Shown here piece after piece: positions 45,625 to 56,385 of a stretch of DNA of 64,000 nucleotides; position 1 is the stretch's first letter; each line of letters opens with the position of its first letter. Source of the stretch: Acidobacteriota bacterium (GTDB taxonomy: Bacteria > Acidobacteriota > UBA6911 > RPQK01 > CBDAPI01); NCBI GenBank assembly GCA_965198355.1, contig CBDAPI010000015.1:922608-986607 (forward strand), in the 5' to 3' direction. The notes below the pieces were generated by a model, which saw only the letters and a list, made by a program, of their open reading frames with translations, made no database searches and was not told where the DNA came from. A program made the position numbers and the translations under genes.

Positions 45625-47398
45625 TCACCTCTGAGCTGCCGTCGCCCGCACCCTAATGTTCTCTTCTGCCTTGGGGTTCTTGGCCAGGAAAGGGCCAATT
45701 GCAAGGAAGTCGAGGTGCCCAATTGTAAAAGCGCGGATGGCATCATCCGGTGTACAGACGATTGGCTCTTCGTGGAGATTGAAGCTCGTGTTCACGATTG
45801 AGGAAAGACCCGTGCGCTGCTTGAACTGTTGAATGATGCGATAGTAAGCCGGATTGTCCGATTTGTTGACAAGCTGTGGCCGGGCAGTGTTGTCGAGATG
45901 CACGACCCCGGGACAGAGCCGCTGCATAGCGGGAGTGCACTTAAATGTAATCGTCATGAAACGTGCCGTGTCTTCGGCTCCGCTCAGGCCTTCGTAGCAT
46001 TCGGCAGCGTTCTCCGCCAGAGTCGCCGGTGCGAAAGGCATGAACTCTGTTCTTCCCAGACGTTCGTTGAGCCAGTCATTAACGGCAGGATCGTCTGGCC
46101 GGTACAGGATCGAGCGGTTGCCCAACGCTCGCGGCCCGTACTCCATACGGCCTGCAAAGCGTGCGACGACCTTGTTGTGGGCTAATTGTTCCGCGATCTC
46201 GGTCTCCAGATTCTTGGAGCGTCCGTACTCGACTCCAGCATCGTCGAGTGCCTTGGCGATATCTCTTTCCGAGAATTCCGGCCCCAGGAAGACATGATCA
46301 AGACAGCGCTGCGGTATAGGCTTGTTTGGAACATCAGCTTCGTGATAGCTCAACAGGGCAGATCCCGATGCGATTCCCTCGTCGGACATTGCCGGAAAAA
46401 CAAATACAGAATCAACACCGTCGATTTCGTGTATGCGTTGGTTCACCTTCACGTTGGCAACCACACCTCCGGCAAGCGCGACGTTGCGGTGGTCTGTTTT
46501 CGAAAGCCAGTGGGACACGTATTGAACAATGATATCTTCCGTCAAGTCCTGGATGCTCGCGGCAAGGTCTTCTCTGCTAAAGTCGGGGGGCAAGGCCGCC
46601 CGGACTTTGCTGAAGGCCGACTGTCGATAGGCTCCAGAGATGTTGGTCATGGTCCCTTTCTGATAACGAATAAAGCGCTTCAAAGTCTCCAAGTACGTGG
46701 GCTTGCCGTGAGCTGCCAAGCCCGTAATCTTGCCCTCATGTTTTCCGCCTTTGAACCCACAGATTTCAGTCGCGTAGGCGTAGTAATTCCCAATTGAATC
46801 AAAAGCAGGCACCGAGTGGGAGAAGGTTCCAGTTCCCTCTCCTCACATCATAAATATGCGAACAATGTCCATCCCCGGCTGCGTCCAGTGTCACGACCAG
46901 GGCGTTCTCATAGCCACTTGCATAATAAGCCGTAGCTGCGTGGGCGTGGTGGTGTGAGAAAAACTCGATCGGACAGTTCGCCCCGAATTCCTTCCGCATT
47001 ACCTCACGAACCATCTTTCGGCGGCGTTGGAAGATTGGCTGTTTTAGTCCGTAGTAGACCTGCTCGATCACTGGGAAACGATTTCGCATGAATCCAGCAT
47101 AGGCACCGGCAGAGAAAAACAGGTCCTTGATGATCCCCTCGTCGAGGGAGAAGATCCCGTTTGAAACATCAACATAGTCATTCAGGAAATGGCCTGTTTG
47201 CGAGGCAACCGCTATGCTGTCCAATTGATCGCAACGAACCCCGCGGATTTCGAGTACGGCTTCAATGGCCCGCCGGGGAAATCCCATCACCATCTTTTTT
47301 CGCGCAAGTCGTTCTTCGTTGACGGCTGCAACGATGCGGCCGTCTTCGATCAATGCCGCGCCTGAAGTAATGTGGTCGCTTATTCCAAGTATTCTCAT
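45625..47398 (-). pseudogene. NodU/CmcH-family carbamoyltransferase split by a 1-nt frameshift near 46800-46815 (ORFs 46799-47398 and 45625-46812)
   Basis: N-terminal MRILGISDHITSGAALIEDGRIVAAVNEERLARKK; C-terminal part continues ...DSIGNYYAYATEICGFKGGKHEGKITGLAAHG; paralog of 18677-20257. Confidence 0.7.
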
Positions 47399-47475
47399 TA
47401 AATGCTCCTTGAAATCAGTATTGACGAGACGGTCAGGAGATGGTTGAACCGAGGAGAAGATTTCACACCATTCCC

Positions 47476-48690
47476 CTACTTCGAGCCTTGTAGTGAGGCC
47501 TTTTTACCAAGTTTCACAGTGACTGTATCTGTCGTTCTCGCAAGCACCTTCTCATAAAGGTCCACGTACTTGCTGGCACAGTTTTCAATGTAATAATGCT
47601 TAATCACGTCTCGATTGAAACGGCCAATCTCGCTTAACAGCTCAGGGTTTTGAGCCAGCTGCCTCAATCGTCGTTCAAAAGCCGTCCCATCATTCAGTTT
47701 GACGACGTGGCCAGTACAGCTGTCGGACAAGAAATCGGTTTGACCGCCGTTGTCGTAGCACACAATGGGCAGGCCCACCGCCATTGCCTCCAGAAATACA
47801 AGACCGAAGCCTTCATGTTCTGCCGTCGAAACAAAGACATCTCCGAGATCCAGGAGTTGGAACTTCTCCTCATCACCGACGTTACCCAGAAAGTCAACCT
47901 TGGAGTCGATTCCGAGTGTCGAGGCAAGATCCTCCAACTCTGCTCTCTTAGGACCGTCACCAATCACCAGCAACCTGGCCCTTGGGCTGTTTCTGGTTAA
48001 CAGCTTATGGAAGATCTGAAGCAGTGCATCCACCTGTTTCCGCCTGATCAAACGACCGATGGTGACGAGTAGGAATTCGTCCCGAGAATAACCAAAGGAC
48101 TGCCGCGACTTTTTCTCGAAGACAGGCTGCCTGATGGCATGGGGAATCAAAACGAGTTCTGAGTCGAAGGAAAAGAATTTTCTCGTCTTACTGATTATGT
48201 CATTCGACATTCCAGTGATCCGGCTGGCCCCTTGCAGGACCTTTTTCACCGTGAAATGCAGGATAGGCATACGGTGAGGCGAAAGTCTTCTGGAAGGATC
48301 GTAGATATCCCCGCCAAGCACGGAGACGACATGAGGCAGCCCGAAGAAACGGGCAAGCAGCGTTCCCGGCACCCCGGAAGGGACGGCAAACATCGAATGG
48401 ATGAGGTCGAATCTTCTCTTTCTCAGCAATTGAGTGCCCGCCCAAAGACTACTTGGGGGAAAAGACAGCATGGAGACCAGGCTGGCCGCATTCAGCCCCT
48501 TACGGAACAAAACGGGTACCCTGACGACCTCTACTTCGTTGATAATCTCCCGAGCTGCTTGGCCACGAAGCCTCGAAGTAATGACCGTCACCCGGTGTTC
48601 CTTGGCAAGCTCTTCCGCTAGAAGTTTGTGGATGACGCCTCCCCCTCCGCCAATCGGAGGGTATTCATAGTTCAGCATCAAAAGGTTCAT
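47476..48690 (-). CDS. GT4-family glycosyltransferase
   Basis: MNLLMLNYEYPPIGGGGGV...EGFGLVFLEAMAVGLPIV. Confidence 0.75.
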   Translation of the reverse strand: MNLLMLNYEYPPIGGGGGVIHKLLAEELAKEHRVTVITSRLRGQAAREIINEVEVVRVPVLFRKGLNAASLVSMLSFPPSSLWAGTQLLRKRRFDLIHSMFAVPSGVPGTLLARFFGLPHVVSVLGGDIYDPSRRLSPHRMPILHFTVKKVLQGASRITGMSNDIISKTRKFFSFDSELVLIPHAIRQPVFEKKSRQSFGYSRDEFLLVTIGRLIRRKQVDALLQIFHKLLTRNSPRARLLVIGDGPKRAELEDLASTLGIDSKVDFLGNVGDEEKFQLLDLGDVFVSTAEHEGFGLVFLEAMAVGLPIVCYDNGGQTDFLSDSCTGHVVKLNDGTAFERRLRQLAQNPELLSEIGRFNRDVIKHYYIENCASKYVDLYEKVLARTTDTVTVKLGKKASLQGSK

Positions 48691-48843
48691 TACGAGAATC
48701 CTGTTACAACGAAAGTCGCTGAATTATTGATGGCTGGATGTAAATGGTAACCGTCTCGAAAGTGAGATTGGTAACAGCGAGAGCCGAGGGGAATGGCTTG
48801 CCGCGGCAGGAGTTCGCTTACAACGGCTACTTTCTTTCCAAGT

Positions 48844-49605
48844 TCATTTCGTAGCTACTGCACCTAGCTTTTTCGTGAAAATCTTATTCTTCTTCCCATA
48901 GAGAACAAACTGAAAACGGAAAAAAAGTGTATTCAATATATGAATCAACCATGCAATATAATTTAGAGGGTTCCCAAAAAACACGTAGAGATTAAGAGGG
49001 AACGTCCTCACATTCCGGAATCCGTGATATTCCAGAACCTGGCGAAGGCTGTATTCGGTCAGAGTATGATAATGGTTGAAATTTTGGGCAAGAGCTTCCG
49101 CACCGGTAATTGGGTTGGCGCCATTGAGCGAATGAACAACCAGAACGCCGTCCTTCTCTAGACGTGCGTGGCAGATTTCGAGAAACTCGGCGAGTTCGGT
49201 CCTCGTCAGATGGTTTACTTCTTGTTCCGCGATAATGACATCAAGGTGACCTGCCTCCTGGCTCAGGTAAGAAAAGGCGTGATCTGTTCGACAATTTAGT
49301 CCTTTCTGCAGAGCGAGATCTACCTTGGCTTTGTCGGAATCGATTCCCAGGACATTCTGGTAGCCTTCTTTCACCAACAGGTTTACGAAATAACCCGCGC
49401 CGCAGCTAATTACAAGGATACGTGCTTTCCGATCGGTCGGCAGATATTTGAGATAATTGTGTTTATAGAACTTCAGGAAACTGGAGTAGCCTTTTTCGAC
49501 ATTCTCTGGAGCTTCCCAGAAAGTGTCGAAGGGCTCAATCTGCCCGGTCAGTCGAAACTCCGGCGTTCCCGGTTTCCTTGCCTCTTTCGTCAAAGTATTG
49601 TTCAT
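48844..49605 (-). CDS. class I SAM-dependent methyltransferase
   Basis: motif I ARILVISCGAGYFVNLL; DSDK; typical spacing. Confidence 0.65.
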   Translation of the reverse strand: MNNTLTKEARKPGTPEFRLTGQIEPFDTFWEAPENVEKGYSSFLKFYKHNYLKYLPTDRKARILVISCGAGYFVNLLVKEGYQNVLGIDSDKAKVDLALQKGLNCRTDHAFSYLSQEAGHLDVIIAEQEVNHLTRTELAEFLEICHARLEKDGVLVVHSLNGANPITGAEALAQNFNHYHTLTEYSLRQVLEYHGFRNVRTFPLNLYVFFGNPLNYIAWLIHILNTLFFRFQFVLYGKKNKIFTKKLGAVATK

Positions 49606-49630
49606 TCCCTTCCCGTCCTACGGCGGCCGA

Positions 49631-51364
49631 TCAGACCTGTGCCCCAGCTGGATCAAGGCCAGGAGTGTGAGCTCGCGAGCGAAAATCCTTCAGTCGACCC
49701 TGCTGAGCAAAGAACTCTCTCAACTTGTCCAACTCCTGCGTCCTCTTTTCGCAGGACCAGGAAAGTTCGCTGGAGACGAGATCGGCACACAGCTCGAGCG
49801 CACTTTCTCCTGGATGTCCCGCACTACCCAAATCCGTTCTGCGCAAGACGACGTCGGACAGTTCAACCACCATTTCTTCTCGAACAGCGTGGACGACTTC
49901 GGCCTTGAGAACCGGAGAGTCACCGACAGTTTCAAGCATGGCAGGATCCTCTGCACCGATTGCAAGAATCCGCAAGTACTCCGAGCCATAGTTATGAATC
50001 AATGCCCGCATGACATGGGCTTGAACTCCGGCAGGACTGTTCCCGATCGCATTCTGCAGGAATTCTTCAAAATCCCCAATATCCCCACCGAAGATCGGAG
50101 TTTCACAGGTTGTTGACCGAGTCTCGGGGCGACCCAGCTTGGCATCCAGCAGATCAACGGCTCTTTCTGCCAGGCCACGAGCCATCGTAGCGCGCACACC
50201 CACCAGGGTTATTAGTCCTTCTATGCCTTCCTCAGATTGGTGGTCGATCAGGACAGAACGCTTCCCAAATCGATATTCCGATTCGTCAGCTTCACCGCCG
50301 AAAAGGATGAGGCCGGAATTTACCATCACCACATGCTCCTCCTGGAGGCCAAAGCCAGGGCTAGCCTGATTGGCCTCCTCCACGAACCGTACAAGATCGT
50401 CACGGGTTACCTTGAACTCGTCGGGGGCACCACGATGCACGACATGCCAGACTCCGATCAGCGTAAACCCCCTCCAGGGAGCAAAGAAAAGGTGGCGGCC
50501 TCCCCGATCCAGGATGGCGTCCTTGTCCTTGCTCGCGATTCGGCATGCGATGGCTTGGGCCTTCGGCAGTGGCCGAGCAACAACCAGTGCCACATCCCGT
50601 GAGAAGGTCAAGTTCCCCCCCCATCTCAGACTCAGACTTCTACGGAGTAAGTCACTGGCCCAAGGTCCGGTGGCATTCAGAACGACCTTGGCACGTGTCT
50701 CGAAAACAGATCCCCCCACTCTGTCCTGAGCACGAACCCCCACAATCCGATCGCCTTCCCGAACAAAGCCGGTCACCTCGGTATAGTTGGCAACTACGGC
50801 CCCTGCCTGAACAGCCGATCTCAGGAATGATATCGCCAAGCGAGGAGGGCTATAGATCTGACCATCCCAGAAGACAGCCCCGCCGGTTAATTTGGAGTCA
50901 TCTGCCTGCCGGACCAAGCCACAGACCTGGTCTCGGTTGAGCGAGTAGCAAGCTGGAATTCGTCTGCCAGGATCATGGATCCCTCGGTTTCGGTCGAAAG
51001 TGAGTAGGTCGTAGAGAAAAAAGCCCGCACGCAAGAGCGTTTTACCCTGCAACCCACTGCCAACAGTAGGAATGAGGATGGGCAGAGGGTAGACCAGATG
51101 CGGCGCAATTCTCAATAGAGCCGATCGCTCACGGCAGGATTCTCGAAGCCGTCTGAAGTCCGCATGCTGGAGGTAGCGAATCCCACCATGGACCACCTTG
51201 AAGTGATTTGAGGAGGTGGCTTGAGAAAAGTCTCCCTTTTCCAGCAGAACGACCGAGAGCCCCCGACTGGCTGCTTCCCAGGCAGCACAGACTCCAAAAA
51301 TCCCCCCTCCGATGATCAGGACATCGAACTGGCCCTGCGTAAATGAACTGATCCCTCGGTTCAT
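49631..51364 (-). CDS. FAD-dependent oxidoreductase (glycerol-3-phosphate dehydrogenase/oxidase-like)
   Basis: FDVLIIGGGIFGVCAAWEAASRGLSVVLLEKGDFSQATSSNHFKVVHGGIRY. Confidence 0.7.
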   Translation of the reverse strand: MNRGISSFTQGQFDVLIIGGGIFGVCAAWEAASRGLSVVLLEKGDFSQATSSNHFKVVHGGIRYLQHADFRRLRESCRERSALLRIAPHLVYPLPILIPTVGSGLQGKTLLRAGFFLYDLLTFDRNRGIHDPGRRIPACYSLNRDQVCGLVRQADDSKLTGGAVFWDGQIYSPPRLAISFLRSAVQAGAVVANYTEVTGFVREGDRIVGVRAQDRVGGSVFETRAKVVLNATGPWASDLLRRSLSLRWGGNLTFSRDVALVVARPLPKAQAIACRIASKDKDAILDRGGRHLFFAPWRGFTLIGVWHVVHRGAPDEFKVTRDDLVRFVEEANQASPGFGLQEEHVVMVNSGLILFGGEADESEYRFGKRSVLIDHQSEEGIEGLITLVGVRATMARGLAERAVDLLDAKLGRPETRSTTCETPIFGGDIGDFEEFLQNAIGNSPAGVQAHVMRALIHNYGSEYLRILAIGAEDPAMLETVGDSPVLKAEVVHAVREEMVVELSDVVLRRTDLGSAGHPGESALELCADLVSSELSWSCEKRTQELDKLREFFAQQGRLKDFRSRAHTPGLDPAGAQV

Positions 51365-51403
51365 AATGGCTCTGACAGTGACTGTCGGTGCATTTGCGCT
51401 CAG

Positions 51404-52477
51404 TTAGAGATGTTTCTCGCGAATGTGGTAAATGGGCTTGTTCTGAGACTCGTAATAGGTGCGCACCACGAGTTCTCCGAGCAACCCCATGACGATCAAC
51501 TGGACTCCCAGAAGAACAAGAAGCACCGACATCAAAAGCAGGGGACGATCCGCAATAGCCTCATTGAAGAAGAGTCTGATCACCACCAGATAGGAAAGCA
51601 GGGTCGTCCCAAAACCCGACAAAAGGACCCCAATCCCTCCAAAAATCCGCAGCGGTTGCGTGGAGTATTGCTGCAGGAATTTCAACAAAATCAGATCCAG
51701 CAATACCCGAAACGCTCGGGACAACCCATAGTGAGTAGATCCAAACCGACGTTGCCGAAAATTGACTTTCACTTCTGCCATGCGAGCCCCCGCCACGCCT
51801 GCCAATACTGGGATGAAGCGGTGCATCTCACCGTAGAGTTTTACGGGTTTGATCATTTCGGACCGGTAGGCTTTCAAAGTAGAAGAATTATCGCGAAGTG
51901 TTACACCCGTTAGTAGACGAATCAGAAAGTTGGCCACTTCAGTGGGGATACGCCTCATCATAAGAGACCTCAAACCGTTCTTCCATTTGTTGTGCCGCCA
52001 GCCGGAAACGAGGTCGTAGCCTTCTTCGAGCTTTGCGATCAGGACTGGGATATCATGGGGATCCTGCTCTAAGTCGCCGTCGATTCCCACGATAATCTTA
52101 CCCCTGGCCGCGTCGATTCCGGCACTCATGGCGGGGGTCAGGCCAAAATTCTTTGTAAAGCTTACGATCTTCAGCCTCTTGTCCGTCTTTCGCAGGTCTT
52201 TCAAGATGGCCAAAGAGTTGTCGGTAGACCCATCGTCCACAAAGATGATCTCGTATTCCCGGCCCATCGAAGTTAGTACCTCCGACAACTCTTGATAGAG
52301 AATCGGGATACTCTCTTCCTCGTTGTTGACAGGTACGAAGATCGAAATCTCTGGTCTTTGCAGATTCGTCATTGCTAGATTGGTAGACTCGCTCATGGTC
52401 GTCAGCTTCTGCCAATGGGGCTCTTCGAATGATCGCTCAAGATAGTTGCACGCTCTAGCAACGGACCAAGACTGCAC
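51404..52477 (-). CDS. GT2 polyprenyl-phosphate sugar synthase (ArnC/GtrB/Dpm1-like) with C-terminal TM helices; likely start MSEST (~52397)
   Basis: ISIFVPVNNEEESI...EIIFVDDGSTDNS...GIDGDLEQDP. Confidence 0.75.
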   Translation of the reverse strand: MQSWSVARACNYLERSFEEPHWQKLTTMSESTNLAMTNLQRPEISIFVPVNNEEESIPILYQELSEVLTSMGREYEIIFVDDGSTDNSLAILKDLRKTDKRLKIVSFTKNFGLTPAMSAGIDAARGKIIVGIDGDLEQDPHDIPVLIAKLEEGYDLVSGWRHNKWKNGLRSLMMRRIPTEVANFLIRLLTGVTLRDNSSTLKAYRSEMIKPVKLYGEMHRFIPVLAGVAGARMAEVKVNFRQRRFGSTHYGLSRAFRVLLDLILLKFLQQYSTQPLRIFGGIGVLLSGFGTTLLSYLVVIRLFFNEAIADRPLLLMSVLLVLLGVQLIVMGLLGELVVRTYYESQNKPIYHIREKHL

Positions 52478-52595
52478 TCAATGACCGAGCACTTCGAGCA
52501 TCGATTCCCTGAAATTCTGCCACAGCCCTCGTGTGATCTGAGAATGTAAATACTCTTTGATATGCATCTTCGTGGCTCTTGACAGATCCAATCAA

Positions 52596-54695
52596 TCAGT
52601 TCCTTTGTTTGTCGGCCTCTCTCAGGATTACCTTCACGACCTCGATTCTCTTGTCCTGGCTCGTGTAGACGACCTCCTCGGACTCCAGATCTCTACCCAA
52701 GAACTCGCCGATCCGAAACAGACGCTTCCTTGGATCGACCCGCTGAGTGAACCAGACGATCCGGCTGTCTTCAATGTAATCGCGAAGCTCGGTATGTGAA
52801 CTCAAGAGCGGAGCACCCGACCAGTTTTCCCGGGTCCCCCGTTCACGGGCAACGATCGAATAAACCGGGCCCTCCTTGGAAAAGTAGAGTGCAAAAGGCC
52901 TATTCAGATAGAAAGGCATGGCCCGTTCGGCCTCGGAGACGATTAGGGACTGCAACGGGTCCGTCCGAGAGTTCAAGTATGCGGCTGGGCTCTGTAAATC
53001 GTCTCTTGGATACCAATGGTCCTTGAACCGCTCGAAGGCACCAAGACGATAAGAGACCGCTTCTGTTGCCACGCCAAGAGCCTGTCTAGGCTGCATGTCC
53101 TGGCTCAACGCGAACAGCAGCAGGAACCCAAAGGACGGGACGAGTCCATTCCGCACGTGAAAGTATTTCCGGCTCACACCTCTTAGGGTGATCATGATCA
53201 GGCACAACACCGCTGGGTACAAAAAGAAGGAATACCGCGTGGTGTCATAGCCAGCTCTGAAAACACTGATAAACAGCACGAATGAGATCAAGGGCAAAGC
53301 TGGATTGGACCACAGCCTTTCCAACGGCTGGTCTCGAGAACCAAGTGCCTGCCAAAACAAAGATGTTCCTAGAAGCAGCGTGAGCAATGGCATGACGCTG
53401 AACCAGGGCTCGATGAAGTGCGTGTAAAAATCAGGCCAGCCTAGGAATGCCAGTTTGACGGCTTTGGGCCAATCTCCGGGCGATATCTCCAGAACCTGCT
53501 CAGGATTGAGCGCCGCAAGGAAAAGCCAGATCACAATACCAAGGCCGGAAGCCGAAACCAGCGCCATGGCCAGCCTCCCTCTCAGGAAGGACCATCGGAA
53601 CGCCTTCAATTTCATCAGGGCTAGGACAATCAAGGCGACCATGGCGAACTGGTGAATCGCAGCTGCCAGCAACAGCAACCCCAACAAAGCGATTCGGGCG
53701 GTCCCCGCTGGTAGCAGTGATCCATTAGCATCCGTGAAGAGGACCAGAGAGACCAGGGCTAGAAGACTGGGAACAAGTATCCAAAGAACCAGCATGTTCG
53801 GATCGACCTGCAGGAAAGGAAGAACCGGCTGGATAAAGATCGTTTCGGGGATCTTTACGAAGCTCTGCGGCAATGGATCGCTGACCCCAAGCAGGTAGAG
53901 CCTCCCCTCGGCAAAAGCATAGGCAACACCTGAACAAGATACCAGCACGACGAGAATCGAGGCTTTCAGCAGTTTTCTTGTCGCCCTCTTCCCCTGCTTT
54001 AGATACTGCTGAAGCAGAGGTAGCAAAAGTAAGGGCAAGAATACAATCGCAATGCGATGGACGATAATGGCAAGAAGGGTAAGCCCGTTCAAAAGATAGA
54101 ACAAGCCCTGGAGGCGCCGCTCACCTTTCATACTTCGATGGAACATGATCAGGCAGCCCAGTGTGACGCACTGAAGAGGGATGTACATGCGCGCAAATCG
54201 GGCAAACTCAATTTCCCAAGCTGAGACCATCAAAGCGGCCGTGACAGCCAGAGATTCAACTCTTCCCAGGTGGCATCTGCAATAGTAATAAGTCAGGAAA
54301 AGACAAAGCAGGCTAAGCAGAGCAATCGGCAATCGGTAGGCAAAGGCGTTATCCCCAAATAGAAGAATTGATGCCCCAGTCAGATACTGCGTTGGCAAAG
54401 ACCGCGCATAGTATCCACCCAGATCCAATTCAGGAACGCCTTTCTCCAAAATCAGATGCACACTCGCGATAAAATAATACTCGTCGACGGCGAGCGGCCT
54501 CGAACCCAGATCAGAGAATCGTCCAAAAGCCCCAGCCGCGAGAGCTGCTACCAGCAAGAACACCCAGGCCGCATTCAATATGGCCTGGAACTTCCCAGGA
54601 ACCCATGGCCCTCGATGGGAATTGAATGGCAGCAACAACTGCAGGCGAGAGCTCCGGCTTCCCAGGTGCGCCTGGTTCACTTGGAATCCAGCCAT
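52596..54695 (-). CDS. GT-C-fold polytopic glycosyltransferase (ArnT/PMT GT39/GT83-like), 699 aa
   Basis: first-loop acidic motif ...PLAVDEYYFIASVHL...; >12 TM helices; adjacent to the GT2 lipid-sugar synthase. Confidence 0.6.
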   Translation of the reverse strand: MAGFQVNQAHLGSRSSRLQLLLPFNSHRGPWVPGKFQAILNAAWVFLLVAALAAGAFGRFSDLGSRPLAVDEYYFIASVHLILEKGVPELDLGGYYARSLPTQYLTGASILLFGDNAFAYRLPIALLSLLCLFLTYYYCRCHLGRVESLAVTAALMVSAWEIEFARFARMYIPLQCVTLGCLIMFHRSMKGERRLQGLFYLLNGLTLLAIIVHRIAIVFLPLLLLPLLQQYLKQGKRATRKLLKASILVVLVSCSGVAYAFAEGRLYLLGVSDPLPQSFVKIPETIFIQPVLPFLQVDPNMLVLWILVPSLLALVSLVLFTDANGSLLPAGTARIALLGLLLLAAAIHQFAMVALIVLALMKLKAFRWSFLRGRLAMALVSASGLGIVIWLFLAALNPEQVLEISPGDWPKAVKLAFLGWPDFYTHFIEPWFSVMPLLTLLLGTSLFWQALGSRDQPLERLWSNPALPLISFVLFISVFRAGYDTTRYSFFLYPAVLCLIMITLRGVSRKYFHVRNGLVPSFGFLLLFALSQDMQPRQALGVATEAVSYRLGAFERFKDHWYPRDDLQSPAAYLNSRTDPLQSLIVSEAERAMPFYLNRPFALYFSKEGPVYSIVARERGTRENWSGAPLLSSHTELRDYIEDSRIVWFTQRVDPRKRLFRIGEFLGRDLESEEVVYTSQDKRIEVVKVILREADKQRN

Positions 54696-54784
54696 TGATC
54701 TGTTCGCAACTCTTCACGAAGGGGCATCTTTTTTTGACCTCGTTCGTCGAGAGAATCCTGCTTTGCGGGACAGCTCATCTCATT

Positions 54785-56326
54785 TCACTGTCCACGAGCA
54801 CTTAGTCCGGCCAACCCCGACCGCACAATTATCTTGAACACGAAAAGAAAAAAGTGGCTCACGAATTGACGAAAGCGTCGTTCAAGTAAACAACCAATAC
54901 CTAGGACGGCAAGTGCGCTGATCGAGGCAGTGAGCAAAGAGAGTACACCTGCACTCTGAAACAACGTTCCCGCCAAGATCGCAATAGTAACTCCTGCCCC
55001 CAACTTGGCGCTCGCCAGCGTCACGGGTCGACGCAGCTCACCACTGCCAGCAAGGAACAGAAGGCGCATTGAGAACGCCAACCCGTAACTAATCACACCT
55101 GCATAAGCAGCACCTAATACACCAAAAGAGGGAACGAGCAAGAACAAGCAAGCCACAAAAACGACTGCCTCAACAGTCTTCGGCTTGGCGTCAATATCAG
55201 GCCGGTCTAAAGCGAGAAGCATCGGGGTACAGAGATGAGTTAACGAGCGTAAGAAGGCGACGAACAACAGGACTCCAAAAACAGGTATGGTGGCTTGCCA
55301 TTGTTCGCCGTAGAGAAAGGATATAATGAAAGGGCGCCCTATGAAGAGCAGTGAAATGCAAGAAAGCAGCAGCCAAGAAACATTGACGAAGACCTCGAAC
55401 CATTTCTCGAGGGCTTTCCGCCGACCTTGCTCTTGAAAGACTTCAGAGTAAGCCGGCAGAGCAACGCGTGACGTGATCTGAGCGACCATAGTCAATGGAA
55501 ACATGGCTAAATGGTATGCGATGTAATAAAATCCCAATGCTTCCATACCAAGTATCTTGCCAACAACTAAATTATCTAGTTGAGTAGTAGCATAGGTAAG
55601 CATTGCGACCAATAGTAAGTATTTTCCGAAATGGAAGCTTTTTTGAGCAATTTTTCTGTCAATTCTAAATTTAGGTCGATAGTTAGTTAACAAGAATGAC
55701 AGGAAGACCCTCCCGAAAGATGCCAGAAGCAAGCCGACCCCAAGGGTGATAGCGCTTGGAAAGATTGCTACCAAACCGATAACGATGACTAACTCGACGG
55801 CCGAGCTTGAGACTTCCCAGACAGCGATACGAAACTGTCGAATCTGTTTCTGCAGTTGGAAGATTCCCGGGCTTGCAAAACTATTGATCCAGATTGAAGC
55901 CGCGACCGACGCCACGAGAAGACCCAGATCTTCTTGATCTAGCCAGCTCGCGGCTGGCCAGCCGCATAGAGCCATCAGAACAAAGACCGTCAGCCCACGC
56001 AGGATTTCCAGGCACCAGGTTGTGTCCAACCAATGAATCTCTTCCTCTGCTGTCAATCCCTTCCGTGAAAGAAAGCACAACTTGAACCCGAAATTCGTTA
56101 GTGTTTGGCCAGCGTCAACCAGAGTGAGAGCGAATCCGAAGATTCCAATGGTTTTGGGAACCAGCATTCGGGCCAGGAATACCGACCGAAGAACACGAAA
56201 AGCGCTGTTGATGGCGAGGCTTGCTCCGTTGGCGCCCACAGACCGAATTAAACGGTCCCGGAGACTCCTCTTCATGTTATGTGGGGAGTTGACTTCGTTC
56301 ATTCCCCGGCTTCCCTCCAGGCACAA
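54785..56326 (-). CDS. Wzx-type (MOP superfamily) polysaccharide flippase; likely start MKRSLRD (~56272)
   Basis: 12-14 TM helices; ...ASLAINSAFRVLRSVFLARMLVPKTIGIFGFALTLV. Confidence 0.65.
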   Translation of the reverse strand: MCLEGSRGMNEVNSPHNMKRSLRDRLIRSVGANGASLAINSAFRVLRSVFLARMLVPKTIGIFGFALTLVDAGQTLTNFGFKLCFLSRKGLTAEEEIHWLDTTWCLEILRGLTVFVLMALCGWPAASWLDQEDLGLLVASVAASIWINSFASPGIFQLQKQIRQFRIAVWEVSSSAVELVIVIGLVAIFPSAITLGVGLLLASFGRVFLSFLLTNYRPKFRIDRKIAQKSFHFGKYLLLVAMLTYATTQLDNLVVGKILGMEALGFYYIAYHLAMFPLTMVAQITSRVALPAYSEVFQEQGRRKALEKWFEVFVNVSWLLLSCISLLFIGRPFIISFLYGEQWQATIPVFGVLLFVAFLRSLTHLCTPMLLALDRPDIDAKPKTVEAVVFVACLFLLVPSFGVLGAAYAGVISYGLAFSMRLLFLAGSGELRRPVTLASAKLGAGVTIAILAGTLFQSAGVLSLLTASISALAVLGIGCLLERRFRQFVSHFFLFVFKIIVRSGLAGLSARGQ

Positions 56327-56385
56327 GTATTAATCGAAATGAGGCCGCTGACCGCGATCGGCGGCGCTGGTGTGAAGTATTTTCT

